Assembly (NCBI RefSeq): GCF_030384885.1
Contig: NZ_CP128613.1
Reading direction: 5' to 3' (one strand)
From: Escherichia coli
Lineage (GTDB): Bacteria > Pseudomonadota > Gammaproteobacteria > Enterobacterales > Enterobacteriaceae
Length of the DNA: 64,000 nt
Below, in pieces: positions 50,805 through 62,746 of this stretch (within the stretch, counting starts at the first letter, position 1; the number at the start of each line of letters is the position of its first letter). The position numbers and the translations under genes are program-made. The notes beneath the pieces are model-generated. The model worked only from the letters and a program-made list of their open reading frames with translations. It ran no database searches and had not been told where the DNA came from.

Positions 50805-52901
50805 TTAGCGGAAATTGACGCTTCGGTCGCTGGTCATGTCATACAACTGGAACTTACGCCCAAGTTGCTGACCACCGTCACGCGTCAGCGGCGTCCAGCC
50901 AATTGCCGCTCGGCTACGAGTCGGGCCAGACGAGAAGAGATCCAACGGTACAGAGATATACACGCCTTTGGTGAAGTCCCCTTCGCCGTACTCCTCTTTC
51001 GAAACATTCGTGATCGTGGCATACCCACCCACTACCACGCCGCTGTCAAAGCGTTTGGCGATTTCCAGCGTGCCGCCTTTATCCCCTGCCAGATATTGCC
51101 CGACGCTGGCTTTCACTAACACATCCTGAGCGAAAGATGGCGTCCAGTAGGCGGTCAGATGTCCGGTTTTCACGCTGTAATCGGTGAATTTCATCATATC
51201 TTTCGCGCTACGCCAGTCGCGCTGTTTAACGTAGTTAGCATCCAGACCAAACGCCCAGTTGCTATCCAGCGGGCGATACAACACCTCTGCCCCCACGCCG
51301 CCAAACATGGTTTCGAGATAACCACCGTAGACCTGACCGTAGAAGCCGTTGCCCAGATGCTGGAAGTAGTTGGCTTGCAGGTTATTCACATAGACATCAT
51401 TCTGCACATACTCACGCACATGGGTACGCACGCGCGGTAAGTGCGAGTCCTGCGGCGGATTGGTGTAGTTAAACTTGTCGTAGTTGTTGGCAAGGTTAGC
51501 AAACAGGCTGCCGGTGGTCAGCAGATGGTCCGTCAGCCACAAATCTGCCGTTCCCATCACGCCCAGCTGATACATGTAAAAGTTTTCCGGGCCACCGACC
51601 GACTGGTTTAGCACCGGATCGATATGGAAATCAAAGCGTGATTTGTCGATATACCAGCCCTGCTCGGTGGACTTCGGAACCACTGGCTCGACGCGTTTTT
51701 GCGCCAGCTTCGTTTCGTGGCCCAACGGCTCTCCGGCAAGATGATTTTTCAGGCTGGCGACATCGGTTTCCGTCGTCACCTGCGGCATGTTAAGGCGATT
51801 TTCTGTAACGCGGATCGTCTTGATCCCATCCGGCAGATCGTTCATCACGATCCGATTAGCACGGATGATCCCTTCGCGCGAATCACGATATTTCACCTGC
51901 TCACCGGTGACGTACAGCGTATCGCCTTTCGTCTGGATCTGCGGATCGGCCAGTCCGGCGTTGTATTTCAACAGCGTTAACTGATTCGCCACCACCGAAT
52001 GCTGCAAAATGGCATCCTGCGGCTGCGGTTGATATTGCGGACGGGCGTTATCGTTGTAGGACGGGCGTAGATCGTTAAAGTTGGTACGCAGCGTGACGCC
52101 AAACATAAAGGTGTTACCGCGTTCATAGCTAAGGTTAACGTCGGCCCAATCGGTAACGCGATAAATCGCCCCGACGTTAAACTTACTTTTTTGCTCCAGC
52201 TTCCCGGCAAAATCCTGCTGATAATTATTGCCTTCATACTCCAGTTTCAGACGCAGCGGCTGCCAGGGCGTCTGGTATTCCACGCCGCCAAACAGTGAGG
52301 CCGGACCGTGGAACATCTGGCTGCCGTCGATAGATCCCGCTTGTTTGTAGCTGTTATCGCGATAGCAATATTTGTCACTGGCTGAACAGAGCGGATTTTT
52401 CACGTTACCGCTGGTGCCCAGATATCCCCAGCCCAGGCCGAGCGTAAAATCGAATGGCCCCCAGGCTTTGCTGGCGACAAGATATTCCGCATCGAACAGC
52501 CCCGTACCGCCGATATCCCGCGCACCAACCGCCACCTGTGGCAGCCAGTAACTCTCTTCCCATAAACGCAGTTTGAGATCGAAGGCTTTATCTTTATACG
52601 TTTGATCACCAGAGAACGCTTCGACGCTGCTGTACTGCCGAGTGCGCACGTCGGTATAACGCAGCGTTGTTTCCAACCACGGGAAGAGTTGCACCGAAGC
52701 AGAGTAATAACGGTACTGATCGTTATCGCGATAGTTCAGACTCAACTCCCCTTCCCGCGCCATGCGCGCAGTAGGTGTTTGTAATAATCCTACGCCACCG
52801 AAATCCGATTGCGACGGACCAATGGGCGAAGGATATGTTTCGCCGTAGCAAGCCGTGCTAATGCCCAGCGCCAGTAAACTAAGCAGATGTCTTTTTTTCA
52901 T
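50805..52901 (-). CDS. yjbH: YjbH, outer-membrane lipoprotein of the yjbEFGH exopolysaccharide locus
   Basis: 698-aa ORF; signal and lipobox region [18 protein letters not shown]; last gene of four co-oriented overlapping genes. Confidence 0.9.
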   Translation of the reverse strand: MKKRHLLSLLALGISTACYGETYPSPIGPSQSDFGGVGLLQTPTARMAREGELSLNYRDNDQYRYYSASVQLFPWLETTLRYTDVRTRQYSSVEAFSGDQTYKDKAFDLKLRLWEESYWLPQVAVGARDIGGTGLFDAEYLVASKAWGPFDFTLGLGWGYLGTSGNVKNPLCSASDKYCYRDNSYKQAGSIDGSQMFHGPASLFGGVEYQTPWQPLRLKLEYEGNNYQQDFAGKLEQKSKFNVGAIYRVTDWADVNLSYERGNTFMFGVTLRTNFNDLRPSYNDNARPQYQPQPQDAILQHSVVANQLTLLKYNAGLADPQIQTKGDTLYVTGEQVKYRDSREGIIRANRIVMNDLPDGIKTIRVTENRLNMPQVTTETDVASLKNHLAGEPLGHETKLAQKRVEPVVPKSTEQGWYIDKSRFDFHIDPVLNQSVGGPENFYMYQLGVMGTADLWLTDHLLTTGSLFANLANNYDKFNYTNPPQDSHLPRVRTHVREYVQNDVYVNNLQANYFQHLGNGFYGQVYGGYLETMFGGVGAEVLYRPLDSNWAFGLDANYVKQRDWRSAKDMMKFTDYSVKTGHLTAYWTPSFAQDVLVKASVGQYLAGDKGGTLEIAKRFDSGVVVGGYATITNVSKEEYGEGDFTKGVYISVPLDLFSSGPTRSRAAIGWTPLTRDGGQQLGRKFQLYDMTSDRSVNFR

Positions 52902-53638
52902 TATTGCGGTATCCGCTGCGTCAGAGTCTGAAGAATGTCAGCGTTAAGGGCATCAGGCGTCTCACTCCAGACGGAGTCCGCGAGGCCAACATAAATAATG
53001 CTGCCGGGCATCAGCTCTACGTGACGCTTGTTCCAGTAAGCCACCGGCGCTTTTTGCGTGCGTCCATCCGGATAAACGACCCACGCGTAGCTGCGATCCG
53101 CACCGCTGAGCAGGCTCTGGTCAGAGAGATAGCTCGCCACGTCGCGACCGGGAGTGAATGGCTGATTGCCAGGACGGCTGATAAGCCCGAATAACGTGAC
53201 CGTGGACGGTGGTGGTCCGACCCACAGCGTGTAGTTGCCCTGCAACGGCGGGTTACCGCGTTCGGCAACGCGCACGATATCAGGATCAAGATTGATTTTT
53301 TGTCTGCCCGTCACCTTCAACGCCTGAATTTGCTGGCGTAAGGCGTTAATGGCGGCGGCATCGTCGGTGCTGGATTCTGAGGCCAGTTCTGCCAGCCTTG
53401 TCAGCAACGCCTGCTGCTGCCGTAATGCCGCCGCCGTTGCCAGCTCTTCGCTAATCACCGCTCCGGGCCACCAACTGTTTGCCAGCCGCGGTTGGCCTAC
53501 CAGATCGATTAAATGCTCTGCGCCCGTTAGCGTTTTGGCCTCATTGCTGCCATTACTGAACACTTTGACGGTGCCTGCCGCAAAGACCGATGACGCTCCC
53601 ACGCTCATAATCAACGCAGCAATAGTTTGTTTAATCAT
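52901..53638 (-). CDS. yjbG: YjbG, periplasmic protein of the yjbEFGH locus
   Basis: 245 aa from [20 protein letters not shown] (signal peptide); track ORF begins upstream at 53734; 4-nt overlap with yjbF and 1-nt overlap with yjbH. Confidence 0.88.
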   Translation of the reverse strand: MIKQTIAALIMSVGASSVFAAGTVKVFSNGSNEAKTLTGAEHLIDLVGQPRLANSWWPGAVISEELATAAALRQQQALLTRLAELASESSTDDAAAINALRQQIQALKVTGRQKINLDPDIVRVAERGNPPLQGNYTLWVGPPPSTVTLFGLISRPGNQPFTPGRDVASYLSDQSLLSGADRSYAWVVYPDGRTQKAPVAYWNKRHVELMPGSIIYVGLADSVWSETPDALNADILQTLTQRIPQ

Positions 53639-54303
53639 TGTTTTGCCGCCTTGATGAGAGTGGTTTTCACCGGGAAATAATCCGCGCCGAGATACTGTTC
53701 CGACTGGCGAATTTGCCCTTCGCTGTCGATCCAATAGCGGTTATGCCAGCGAGCCTGGTCGGTGGAGACTTCTTCGTCCAGCACACGAACCGGAGTTTCA
53801 TCGCTACCGACTTTGACAGTATCGGTGCCATCCCATTTGAAAACCGAGCGTGCGGTGGCGTAGCGCACCTGCTGGTACTCGGTCCAGCCCATCGTGCGCG
53901 TCCAGGTTGCGCCATCAACAATTTGTGCGGGTTTTATCAGCGGGTCGGCGGCAAGGTTATTCACTTCAATCAGGTTGTCGCCGCCAAGCAAAGTCTTCAC
54001 CAGACGACCATGTTGTGTGACGAGAGTGGCTTGATCCTGAGTAACCCATTTTTGTTGTCCATCTTCAGCGAAGGCCAGCACCACAAACAACTGCGGCCCG
54101 CCATTAAGCTGCATGTACTGGCTGGCGTAGGGCATATTTTGAATATCATCGTCCGTCAGCTGTACGCCTGGCGTACCGAACAGACTGTCCCACAGTGAAT
54201 TGCCCAGCTCTTTAGTCGTGGCTGAACAAGCCTGTAATAGCAGGCAGATAAGAATGAGTGCAGGTCGCTTCACGACTCTTCTCCAGAGGGGCAGAATAAC
54301 CAC
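53635..54303 (-). CDS. yjbF: YjbF, lipoprotein of the yjbEFGH locus
   Basis: 222-aa ORF (possible later GTG start at 54273 giving 212 aa); lipobox LLQACSA. Confidence 0.85.
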   Translation of the reverse strand: MVILPLWRRVVKRPALILICLLLQACSATTKELGNSLWDSLFGTPGVQLTDDDIQNMPYASQYMQLNGGPQLFVVLAFAEDGQQKWVTQDQATLVTQHGRLVKTLLGGDNLIEVNNLAADPLIKPAQIVDGATWTRTMGWTEYQQVRYATARSVFKWDGTDTVKVGSDETPVRVLDEEVSTDQARWHNRYWIDSEGQIRQSEQYLGADYFPVKTTLIKAAKQ

Positions 54304-54387
54304 ACCGGAGTGTGGTTATGGTTAATCCCCGTCATACTTCAAGCCACAGATGCGATGACTCGAATTATTTTAGGGATACATACTTTA

Positions 54388-54630
54388 TTACTGGGTACTG
54401 GTGGTCGTGGTTGTGGTGGTCCCGGTATTAGAACCATCACCGCCACCGGTTGCCGCGAGCGCGACACCCACCGCCGAGCTTACGGTGCTGACGCTGGTCG
54501 CGGAGGAGCTACCCGCCGAAACCGACGTTGCTGCCGCCCCTGCCGCTTCGCCCACCTGTACAGGTGCAGCCCACGCAGAAGTCGCCGCAAGCGCAGATAT
54601 GGCAAAAATGCCATACAGAACTTTTTTCAT
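54388..54630 (-). CDS. yjbE: YjbE, small secreted low-complexity protein
   Basis: 80-aa ORF; signal peptide [21 protein letters not shown]; Ala/Ser/Gly/Thr-rich mature part with a T7 run. Confidence 0.85.
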   Translation of the reverse strand: MKKVLYGIFAISALAATSAWAAPVQVGEAAGAAATSVSAGSSSATSVSTVSSAVGVALAATGGGDGSNTGTTTTTTTSTQ

Positions 54631-54933
54631 AACAATTTCCCTTCATTGAATGAATGGAGATTTACCCAAAAACATTTCGGGCGGGATCGAGTATACACAA
54701 CTAAAGCATGCGAATTACGGCGTGGGGAATTAGTGACGGGGTTTTAAGATAATTGGAATGAATATCAAATATAAGTTTCACATTATATATAAATAACATT
54801 GCAAATCATAAACTTAAAATAAAACAAAAAGGAATGAACCTGCGTATTTTCCGAAATCAACCACAATTAAAAATCTATTTTAGGATTAACCTCACGGTAT
54901 GATTTCTGTTAAATCACAGACAAGGGGATTTAT

Positions 54934-54969
54934 CTGATAAAACAATGCCGACTTATAGTCGGCATTGTT
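54934..54969 (-). terminator. Intrinsic terminator of pgi
   Basis: 12-bp stem AACAATGCCGAC/GTCGGCATTGTT with loop TTATA; minus-strand U tract follows. Confidence 0.75.
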
Positions 54970-54984
54970 ATTAAGGTTATTTAA

Positions 54985-56634
54985 TTAACCGCGCCACGCT
55001 TTATAGCGGTTAATCAGACCATTGGTCGAGCTATCGTGGCTGCTGATTTCTTTGTCATCTTTCAGCTCTGGCAGAATACGGTTCGCCAGCTGTTTACCCA
55101 GCTCCACGCCCCACTGGTCGAAGGTGAAGATGTTCAGGATCACGCCCTGAGTAAAGATTTTGTGCTCATACAGCGCAATCAACGCACCCAGGCTGAACGG
55201 AGTGATTTCGCGCAGCAGGATAGAGTTGGTTGGGCGGTTACCTTCGAACACTTTGAACGGTACCACGTAGTCAAGCGTTGCCGGATCTTTACCCTGATCG
55301 CGATATTCCTGCTCAACCACTTCGCGGGATTTACCAAACGCCAGCGCTTCGGTCTGAGCGAAGAAGTTAGACAGCAGTTTCTGGTGATGATCAGAGAGCG
55401 GGTTATGGGTGATAGCCGGGGCGATGAAATCGCATGGCACCATCTTCGTACCCTGGTGGATCAGCTGGTAGAACGCGTGCTGACCGTTAGTACCAGGTTC
55501 ACCCCAGATAATCGGGCCAGTCTGGTAATCCACAACGTTACCGTTACGGTCAACATACTTACCGTTGGACTCCATATTGCCCTGCTGGAAGTACGCTGCG
55601 AAACGGTGCATATACTGGTCGTACGGCAGAATCGCTTCAGTTTCCGCGCCAAAGAAATTGTTGTACCAGATGCCAATCAGCGCCAGCAGTACAGGCAGGT
55701 TTTTCTCTGCAGGCGTGGTGGAGAAATGCTTGTCCATCGCGTGTGCGCCAGAAAGCAGTTCAACGAAGTTATCAAAGCCGATGGAGAGAACAATCGACAG
55801 GCCAATCGCTGACCATAAAGAGTAACGACCGCCGACCCAGTCCCAGAACTCGAACATGTTAGCGGTATCAATACCAAACTCACCAACGGCTTTGGCATTG
55901 GTTGAGAGCGCAGCAAAGTGTTTCGCAACGTGTTTCTCATCACCTGCCGCTTTCAGGAACCAGTCACGCGCGCTATGGGCGTTGGTCATGGTTTCCTGAG
56001 TGGTGAAGGTTTTAGATGCTACCAGGAACAGCGTGGTTTCCGGGTTTACTTTTTTCAGCACTTCCGCGATGTGAGTTCCATCGACGTTAGAAACAAAGTG
56101 CATGTTCAGGTGATTTTTGTACGGACGCAGTGCTTCGGTCACCATGTACGGCCCGAGGTCAGAACCACCGATCCCGATGTTCACTACGTCAGTGATTGCT
56201 TTGCCGGTATAGCCTTTCCACTCACCAGAAATAATCGCTTCCGAGAAGGTTTTCATCTTCTCCAGCACCGCGTTGACTTCCGGCATAACATCTTTGCCAT
56301 CAACCAGAATCGGGGTATTGCTACGGTTACGCAGCGCTACGTGCAGAACAGCGCGGTTTTCGGTGCGGTTGATCTTCTCGCCAGAGAACATCGACTTAAT
56401 CGCTCCCGCCAGATCGCACTCTTTCGCCAGATCTTGTAATTTCGCCAGCGTCTCTTCAGTGATGCGGTTTTTGGAGTAATCCACCAGCATCTGATCGTCG
56501 AAGGTTGCGGAGAACTTAGAAAAACGATCGCCGTCTTTAGCAAAAAGATCGGCGATCGTAACGTCTTTCATTTCATCGAAGTGTTTCTGTAGTGCCTGCC
56601 AGGCAGCGGTCTGCGTTGGATTGATGTTTTTCAT
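54985..56634 (-). CDS. pgi: Glucose-6-phosphate isomerase
   Basis: 549 aa from [19 protein letters not shown] (track ORF has 2 extra N-terminal codons). Confidence 0.98.
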
Positions 56635-56854
56635 TAGCAATACTCTTCTGATTTTGAGAATTGTGACTTTGGAAGATTGTAGCGCCAGTCACAGAAAAAT
56701 GTGATGGTTTTAGTGCCGTTAGCGTAATGTTGGGTGTAAACCCTTAGCGCGATGAAGCATTTATTAGTTGAACTACTGACCGCCAGGAGTGGATGAAAAA
56801 TCCGCATGACCCCATCGTTGACAACCGCCCCGCTCACCCTTTATTTATAAATGT

Positions 56855-57140
56855 ACTACCTGCGCTAGCGCAGGCCAGAAGAGGCGCGTTGCCCAAGTAA
56901 CGGTGTTGGAGGAGCCAGTCCTGTGATAACACCTGAGGGGGTGCATCGCCGAGGTGATTGAACGGCTGGCCACGTTCATCATCGGCTACAGGGGCTGAAT
57001 CCCCTGGGTTGTCACCAGAAGCGTTCGCAGTCGGGCGTTTCGCAAGTGGTGGAGCACTTCTGGGTGAAAATAGTAGCGAAGTATCGCTCTGCGCCCACCC
57101 GTCTTCCGCTCTTCCCTTGTGCCAAGGCTGAAAATGGATC
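56855..57140 (+). ncRNA. lysC leader containing a lysine riboswitch (L-box)
   Basis: About 300-nt leader between a promoter-like TTGACA (56817-56822) and the lysC ATG; conserved L-box segments AGAGGCGC (56878-56885) and GGTGAAA (57063-57069); boundaries approximate. Confidence 0.6.
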
Positions 57141-57158
57141 CCCTGACACGAGGTAGTT

Positions 57159-58508
57159 ATGTCTGAAATTGTTGTCTCCAAATTTGGCGGTACCAGCGTA
57201 GCTGATTTTGACGCGATGAACCGCAGTGCTGATATTGTGCTTTCTGATGCCAACGTACGTTTAGTTGTCCTCTCGGCTTCTGCTGGTATCACTAATCTGC
57301 TGGTCGCTTTAGCTGAAGGACTGGAACCTGGCGAGCGATTCGAAAAACTCGATGCAATCCGCAATATCCAGTTTGCCATTCTGGAACGTCTGCGTTACCC
57401 GAACGTTATTCGTGAAGAGATTGAACGTCTGCTGGAGAACATTACTGTTCTGGCAGAAGCGGCGGCGCTGGCAACGTCTCCGGCGCTGACAGATGAACTG
57501 GTCAGCCACGGCGAGCTGATGTCGACCCTGCTGTTTGTTGAGATCCTGCGCGAACGCGATGTTCAGGCACAGTGGTTTGATGTACGTAAAGTGATGCGTA
57601 CCAATGACCGATTTGGTCGTGCAGAGCCAGATGTAGCCGCGCTGGCGGAACTGGCTGCGCTGCAGCTACTCCCGCGCCTCAATGAAGGCTTAGTGATCAC
57701 CCAAGGATTTATCGGCAGCGAAAGTAAAGGTCGTACAACGACGCTTGGCCGTGGAGGCAGCGATTATACGGCAGCCTTGCTGGCGGAGGCTTTACACGCT
57801 TCTCGTGTTGATATCTGGACCGATGTCCCAGGTATCTACACCACCGATCCACGCGTGGTCACCGCAGCAAAACGCATTGATGAAATCGCGTTTGCCGAAG
57901 CGGCAGAGATGGCAACTTTTGGTGCAAAAGTACTGCATCCGGCAACATTGCTACCCGCAGTACGCAGCGATATTCCGGTGTTTGTCGGCTCCAGTAAAGA
58001 CCCACGTGCAGGTGGTACGCTGGTGTGCAATAAAACTGAAAATCCGCCGCTGTTCCGTGCCCTGGCGCTTCGTCGTAATCAGACTCTGCTCACTTTGCAC
58101 AGCCTGAATATGCTGCATTCTCGCGGTTTCCTCGCGGAAGTTTTTGGCATTCTCGCGCGGCATAATATCTCGGTGGATTTAATCACCACATCAGAAGTGA
58201 GCGTGGCATTAACCCTTGATACCACCGGTTCCACCTCCACTGGCGATACGTTGCTGACGCAATCCCTGCTGATGGAGCTGTCTGCACTATGCCGGGTAGA
58301 AGTGGAAGAAGGTCTGGCACTGGTCGCGTTAATTGGTAATGACCTGTCAAAAGCCTGTGGCGTTGGCAAAGAGGTATTTGGCGTACTGGAACCGTTTAAC
58401 ATCCGCATGATTTGCTACGGCGCATCCAGCCATAACCTGTGCTTCCTGGTGCCCGGCGAAGATGCCGAGCAGGTGGTGCAGAAGCTGCATTTTAATTTGT
58501 TTGAGTAA
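57159..58508 (+). CDS. lysC: Aspartokinase III (lysine-sensitive)
   Basis: 449-aa ORF; MSEIVVSKFGGTSVADFDAMNRSADIVL; two C-terminal ACT domains. Confidence 0.98.
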   Translation: MSEIVVSKFGGTSVADFDAMNRSADIVLSDANVRLVVLSASAGITNLLVALAEGLEPGERFEKLDAIRNIQFAILERLRYPNVIREEIERLLENITVLAEAAALATSPALTDELVSHGELMSTLLFVEILRERDVQAQWFDVRKVMRTNDRFGRAEPDVAALAELAALQLLPRLNEGLVITQGFIGSESKGRTTTLGRGGSDYTAALLAEALHASRVDIWTDVPGIYTTDPRVVTAAKRIDEIAFAEAAEMATFGAKVLHPATLLPAVRSDIPVFVGSSKDPRAGGTLVCNKTENPPLFRALALRRNQTLLTLHSLNMLHSRGFLAEVFGILARHNISVDLITTSEVSVALTLDTTGSTSTGDTLLTQSLLMELSALCRVEVEEGLALVALIGNDLSKACGVGKEVFGVLEPFNIRMICYGASSHNLCFLVPGEDAEQVVQKLHFNLFE

Positions 58509-58517
58509 ACACAGTAT

Positions 58518-58552
58518 GGCCCGAAAGACATTATTTCGGGCCGTATGTTTTT
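58518..58552 (+). terminator. Intrinsic terminator of lysC
   Basis: Stem GGCCCGAAA/TTTCGGGCC with loop GACATTA, then GTATGTTTTTC. Confidence 0.8.
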
Positions 58553-58759
58553 CTTGTCATTATGCCCATCAATAAACGAGTCTATTCCCTGTTAACCAGC
58601 ATCTTTATCTAAGAATAATTACCTTTAATTTTTTATCTGCATCTCTAGCTAATTATCGAGAGAGATAAATATTTAAGAGAAGGCAAAATGAATATTATCA
58701 GTTCTGCTCGCAAAGGAATTCCCGTACACTGAACTCTCCGGCTCACTGAGGGCACCATC

Positions 58760-59032
58760 ATGGCACTCCCCCGTATTACCCAAAAAGAGATGACTGAACG
58801 CGAGCAGCGTGAACTTAAAACACTGCTGGATCGGGCGCGTATTGCGCATGGTCGCGTGCTGACCAACTCGGAAACTAACAGCATTAAGAAAGAGTACATC
58901 GATAAATTAATGGTTGAGCGTGAGGCTGAAGCAAAAAAAGCCCGCCAGTTGAAGAAAAAGCAGGCTTATAAACCCGATCCCGAAGCATCGTTTAGCTGGT
59001 CGGCAAATACGTCAACGCGCGGCAGGCGCTGA
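58760..59032 (+). CDS. yjbD: DUF3811 protein YjbD
   Basis: 90-aa basic ORF at the K-12 yjbD position. Confidence 0.8.
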   Translation: MALPRITQKEMTEREQRELKTLLDRARIAHGRVLTNSETNSIKKEYIDKLMVEREAEAKKARQLKKKQAYKPDPEASFSWSANTSTRGRR

Positions 59033-59905
59033 TTAGCGCCCCTTCTTTTTGCGCCCCGGCGAGGTAAAACGCTTACCGTTGGACGCCGGGCGACCGCCTT
59101 TTTCCGCCGTTTTTTCCATCTTCACCACCGGGCGTTTAATGCCCGCCGTTTTCGGTTTGGCCTTCGCTTTGGGTTTTACCTCAGAAGTGGAATTCTCAAT
59201 TAATTTAAAGAGATCAATTAGCTCATCGTCGGTTAAATCGCGCCACTCACCCAGCGGAATGCCGCTTAAACTGACGTTCATAATGCGCGTACGCTCCAGC
59301 TTTTTCACTTCGTAACCAAAGTGCTCGCACATGCGACGGATCTGACGGTTCAGTCCCTGCACCAGGGTAATGCGAAAAACAAACGGCGCTTCTTTTTTGA
59401 CTTTGCACTTTTTCGTCACCGTCCCGAGGATCGGCACCCCCGCCCCCATACCACGAATAAATTCATCGGTAATCGGTTTATCGACCGTAACCAGATACTC
59501 TTTCTCATGATCGTTACCCGCACGGAGGATCTTATTCACCAGGTCGCCGTGATTGGTGAGGAAAATCAGCCCCTGGGAATCTTTATCCAGGCGGCCAATC
59601 GGGAACACGCGTTTGCTGTGGTTAACAAAATCGACAATGTTATCGCGCTCGCCATCTTCGGTGGTGCTGACAATACCGACGGGCTTGTTCAGGGCGATAA
59701 GTACCAAATCTTCGGCTTCCCGAGGCTCAATCAACTGACCATTTACTTTCACAACGTCGCCGGGTTTCACCTGATCGCCAATGGTGGCTCGCTTGCCATT
59801 AAGGAACACATTGCCTTGCTCGATATAGCGATCCGCTTCGCGGCGTGAGCAAATTCCGCTTTCGCTGATGTATTTATTTAAACGGACTGATGAGTCGGGC
59901 AGCAT
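59033..59905 (-). CDS. rluF: 23S rRNA pseudouridine synthase RluF
   Basis: 290-aa ORF; N-terminal S4 domain; RsuA-family motifs ([10 protein letters not shown]); basic K/R-rich C-terminus. Confidence 0.93.
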   Translation of the reverse strand: MLPDSSVRLNKYISESGICSRREADRYIEQGNVFLNGKRATIGDQVKPGDVVKVNGQLIEPREAEDLVLIALNKPVGIVSTTEDGERDNIVDFVNHSKRVFPIGRLDKDSQGLIFLTNHGDLVNKILRAGNDHEKEYLVTVDKPITDEFIRGMGAGVPILGTVTKKCKVKKEAPFVFRITLVQGLNRQIRRMCEHFGYEVKKLERTRIMNVSLSGIPLGEWRDLTDDELIDLFKLIENSTSEVKPKAKAKPKTAGIKRPVVKMEKTAEKGGRPASNGKRFTSPGRKKKGR

Positions 59906-60116
59906 AAATTCTCCTGTAAAAAACGGAATATACCGTACCTTTGGGTTGATAAAAAATAGTCATGAGCGAACTATTTGTTATTTCCATTGGCTTGAATTCG
60001 TTACCTGCTCAAATCACTTTCCAGAAGCAATGTGCGACATCGTGAGCCATGTCAGTAAGCGATTAAAATCACAGTGATAGCATGCCTCCCGTGATTTCTT
60101 ACTAACCGGAGAAGTA

Positions 60117-60806
60117 ATGGAACTGCTTTTATTGAGTAACTCGACGCTGCCGGGTAAAGCCTGGCTGGAACACGCGCTGCCGCTGATTGCTGAACAGTTG
60201 CAGGGTCGCCGTTCTGCGGTATTTATTCCTTTCGCTGGCGTAACGCAGACCTGGGATGATTACACAGCGAAAACGGCTGCGGTTCTCGCTCCGCTGGGTG
60301 TTTCTGTCACCGGTATTCATAGCGTTGTCGATCCCGTTGCCGCGATTGAAAATGCTGAGATCGTGATTGTCGGCGGCGGTAATACTTTCCAGTTGCTGAA
60401 ACAGTGCCGCGAGCGCGGGCTGCTGGCACCAATTACTGACGTGGTGAAACGTGGCGCGCTGTATATTGGCTGGAGCGCAGGCGCTAACCTTGCTTGCCCA
60501 ACCATTCGTACCACCAACGATATGCCGATTGTCGATCCGCAAGGTTTCGATGCGCTAAATCTGTTCCCGCTGCAAATCAACCCGCACTTCACCAACGCGC
60601 TGCCGGAAGGCCATAAAGGTGAAACCCGTGAGCAGCGTATTCGCGAACTGCTGGTCGTCGCGCCAGAACTGACGATTATTGGTCTGCCGGAAGGTAACTG
60701 GATCACAGTAAATAAAGGTCACGCTACGCTGGGTGGCCCGAACACCACTTATGTGTTTAAGGCTGGTGAAGAAGCGGTGCCGCTGGAAGCGGGTCACCGT
60801 TTTTAA
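60117..60806 (+). CDS. pepE: Alpha-aspartyl dipeptidase (peptidase E)
   Basis: 229-aa ORF; [28 protein letters not shown]; S51 family GWSAGAN serine motif. Confidence 0.95.
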   Translation: MELLLLSNSTLPGKAWLEHALPLIAEQLQGRRSAVFIPFAGVTQTWDDYTAKTAAVLAPLGVSVTGIHSVVDPVAAIENAEIVIVGGGNTFQLLKQCRERGLLAPITDVVKRGALYIGWSAGANLACPTIRTTNDMPIVDPQGFDALNLFPLQINPHFTNALPEGHKGETREQRIRELLVVAPELTIIGLPEGNWITVNKGHATLGGPNTTYVFKAGEEAVPLEAGHRF

Positions 60807-60811
60807 GTGAA

Positions 60812-60885
60812 TTGCCGGATGCATGATCCGGCATCTTGTACATAGTGCCTGATGCGACGCTTTACGCGTCTTATCAGGCCTACAG
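60812..60885. repeat. REP-like palindromic units downstream of pepE
   Basis: TGCCGGATGCATGATCCGGCA and GCCTGATGCGACGCTTTACGCGTCTTATCAGGCCTACA units. Confidence 0.75.
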
Positions 60886-60895
60886 GGGCACGGTA

Positions 60896-62527
60896 TTAAT
60901 ACTCGTCTCGTCCTTCATCTTCATCAGGCTGTTCCAGCACACTGTAAGCGACTGAACAAAACAGCGAGTTCAGGCGCTGCATATCTCCCAGTAATCCTAA
61001 ATGTAGCGAACTGGTTTCAATGCTCTGCACGTTTTGCTGATGCAGGCGATCGACGTGGGCGTGGGAATAGCGGCGATTAAGAATGCGAAAACGATGTTTG
61101 CTGCGGCGCAAACGACGGGCGCTGGTAACATCGCCAGAGAAGAAAACCGACATTGCCAGTTTTAAATTACTGAGCAATTGCTCATAGAGCGCATCCAGTT
61201 CCTTCAAGCCATCAAGCGAAAATGCTCGCCTTGCAGCCAGCGATTTGTCGGCAATTTCACTACCCATGCGCTCGACGATATCGGAGGCCTGTTCAAGGTT
61301 AAGCGACATTTCGATGATCTCCGCCCAGCGACGCGACTCTTCTTCTGCCAGTTCCTCTTTTGGCATTCGCGCCAGATACAGCTTAATAGCGGTATAGAGA
61401 ACGTTGATGTCATCAGCCAGTTTACGCAGTTCTTTCTCCTGCCGCGGCTCGCCGTGCATCACTTTATTCAGCCCTTCCATCATCTGTTCCATGGCGTCGC
61501 CAATGCGCAGGGTTTCGCGGGCGGCATTCGCCAGAGCAAGCGTGGGCGTATCCAGCGCGCTGACATCCAGATGTTTGGGCCGTAGCTGGGTATCCAGTTC
61601 CGGTTCATCGCGAATAATCGTTTTGCAAAACCGTGCCATCGGGTCAACGAATGGCAACATGACCAGGCAGCGTACAAGGTTGTAGAAGACGTGGAAATAG
61701 ATCACCAGTTCCGCTTTTGGCAATGGCAACTTCCCCATTGTCTCTGCCAGCAAATGAACAAACGGCAGGATAATCAGGCTACCCACCAGCTTAAACAGCA
61801 GGCTACCCAGCGCGACACGGCGAGCTGCGGCATTGGCGGCACTGTTGTTGAGCATCGCCAGCAGGCCGGAACCGAGGTTAGCACCAATCACCAGACAGAG
61901 CGCCACCGGGAAGGAGATAATGCCTGCGGCGGTCAGAGTCGCGGTCAGCAGTACAGCAGCAAGGCTGGAGTAACTGATAATGGCGAACATCGCGCCAATC
62001 AGCGCATCCAGCAGAATGTCACCCGTCAGCGAGGCAAAGATCACCTGAACGCCGTTTGCCTGGGTGATCGGCGTTACGGCCTGCACAATCAACTCCAGCG
62101 CCAGTAAAATCAGCCCAAGACCAATACCGACGCGGCCCAGTTGCCCGGCGCGTGATTGTTTGCGGCCGAGGAAAAAAATCACGCCGATAAAAATAAGTAA
62201 CGGTGACAGCCAGGATAAGTCGAAGGTGAGAATACGCGCCATTAGCGCCGTCCCGACATCTGCACCCAGCACAATCACCAGCGCAGGCGCGAGAGCAACC
62301 AGATCCTGGGCGACAAACGAGGTCACCAGCATGGTGGTGGCATTACTGCTCTGCACCAGTGCGGTAACGCCGATCCCCGCGCAAAAGGCGAGCGGCTTTT
62401 TTTCGACGCTCCGGCTCAGAACGGTACGCAGACGTGCGCCGAAGACGCGCATTACGCCTGTTCGAACAATATGTGTCCCCCAGACCAACAGGGCGACGGC
62501 AGAAAGCAGGTGAAGCAGCGTTAACAC
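60896..62527 (-). CDS. yjbB: Na+/phosphate symporter-like protein (NptA/PhoU-domain)
   Basis: 543-aa ORF; multi-TM N-terminal half and PhoU-like C-terminal half. Confidence 0.9.
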   Translation of the reverse strand: MLTLLHLLSAVALLVWGTHIVRTGVMRVFGARLRTVLSRSVEKKPLAFCAGIGVTALVQSSNATTMLVTSFVAQDLVALAPALVIVLGADVGTALMARILTFDLSWLSPLLIFIGVIFFLGRKQSRAGQLGRVGIGLGLILLALELIVQAVTPITQANGVQVIFASLTGDILLDALIGAMFAIISYSSLAAVLLTATLTAAGIISFPVALCLVIGANLGSGLLAMLNNSAANAAARRVALGSLLFKLVGSLIILPFVHLLAETMGKLPLPKAELVIYFHVFYNLVRCLVMLPFVDPMARFCKTIIRDEPELDTQLRPKHLDVSALDTPTLALANAARETLRIGDAMEQMMEGLNKVMHGEPRQEKELRKLADDINVLYTAIKLYLARMPKEELAEEESRRWAEIIEMSLNLEQASDIVERMGSEIADKSLAARRAFSLDGLKELDALYEQLLSNLKLAMSVFFSGDVTSARRLRRSKHRFRILNRRYSHAHVDRLHQQNVQSIETSSLHLGLLGDMQRLNSLFCSVAYSVLEQPDEDEGRDEY

Positions 62528-62680
62528 GAGTTCAGGTTCTCCTTATCGTTATATGTTCCTGAAGCAATTGAATGACCAAAGGACCGGAAACACGCTGACT
62601 GAAATCTTTATCGTGACTTTTGACATTCGTTTTTCCGGCTAAGATTATTCCAGCCTGATTCCAGTATAAGTGTTTCATAT

Positions 62681-62720
62681 TAATAAAGAGACAGGGCACT
62701 CATTGAGCGCCCTGTTTGTT
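62681..62720 (-). terminator. Intrinsic terminator of metH
   Basis: Stem ACAGGGC/GCCCTGT with U-rich tract on the minus strand. Confidence 0.65.
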
Positions 62721-62746
62721 GTAAGGAAAAGTGACAGATTTGTGAA

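Noticed and set aside
55036-55812. 258-aa + strand ORF inside pgi
   Set aside because: Antisense to the full-length pgi frame; no independent support
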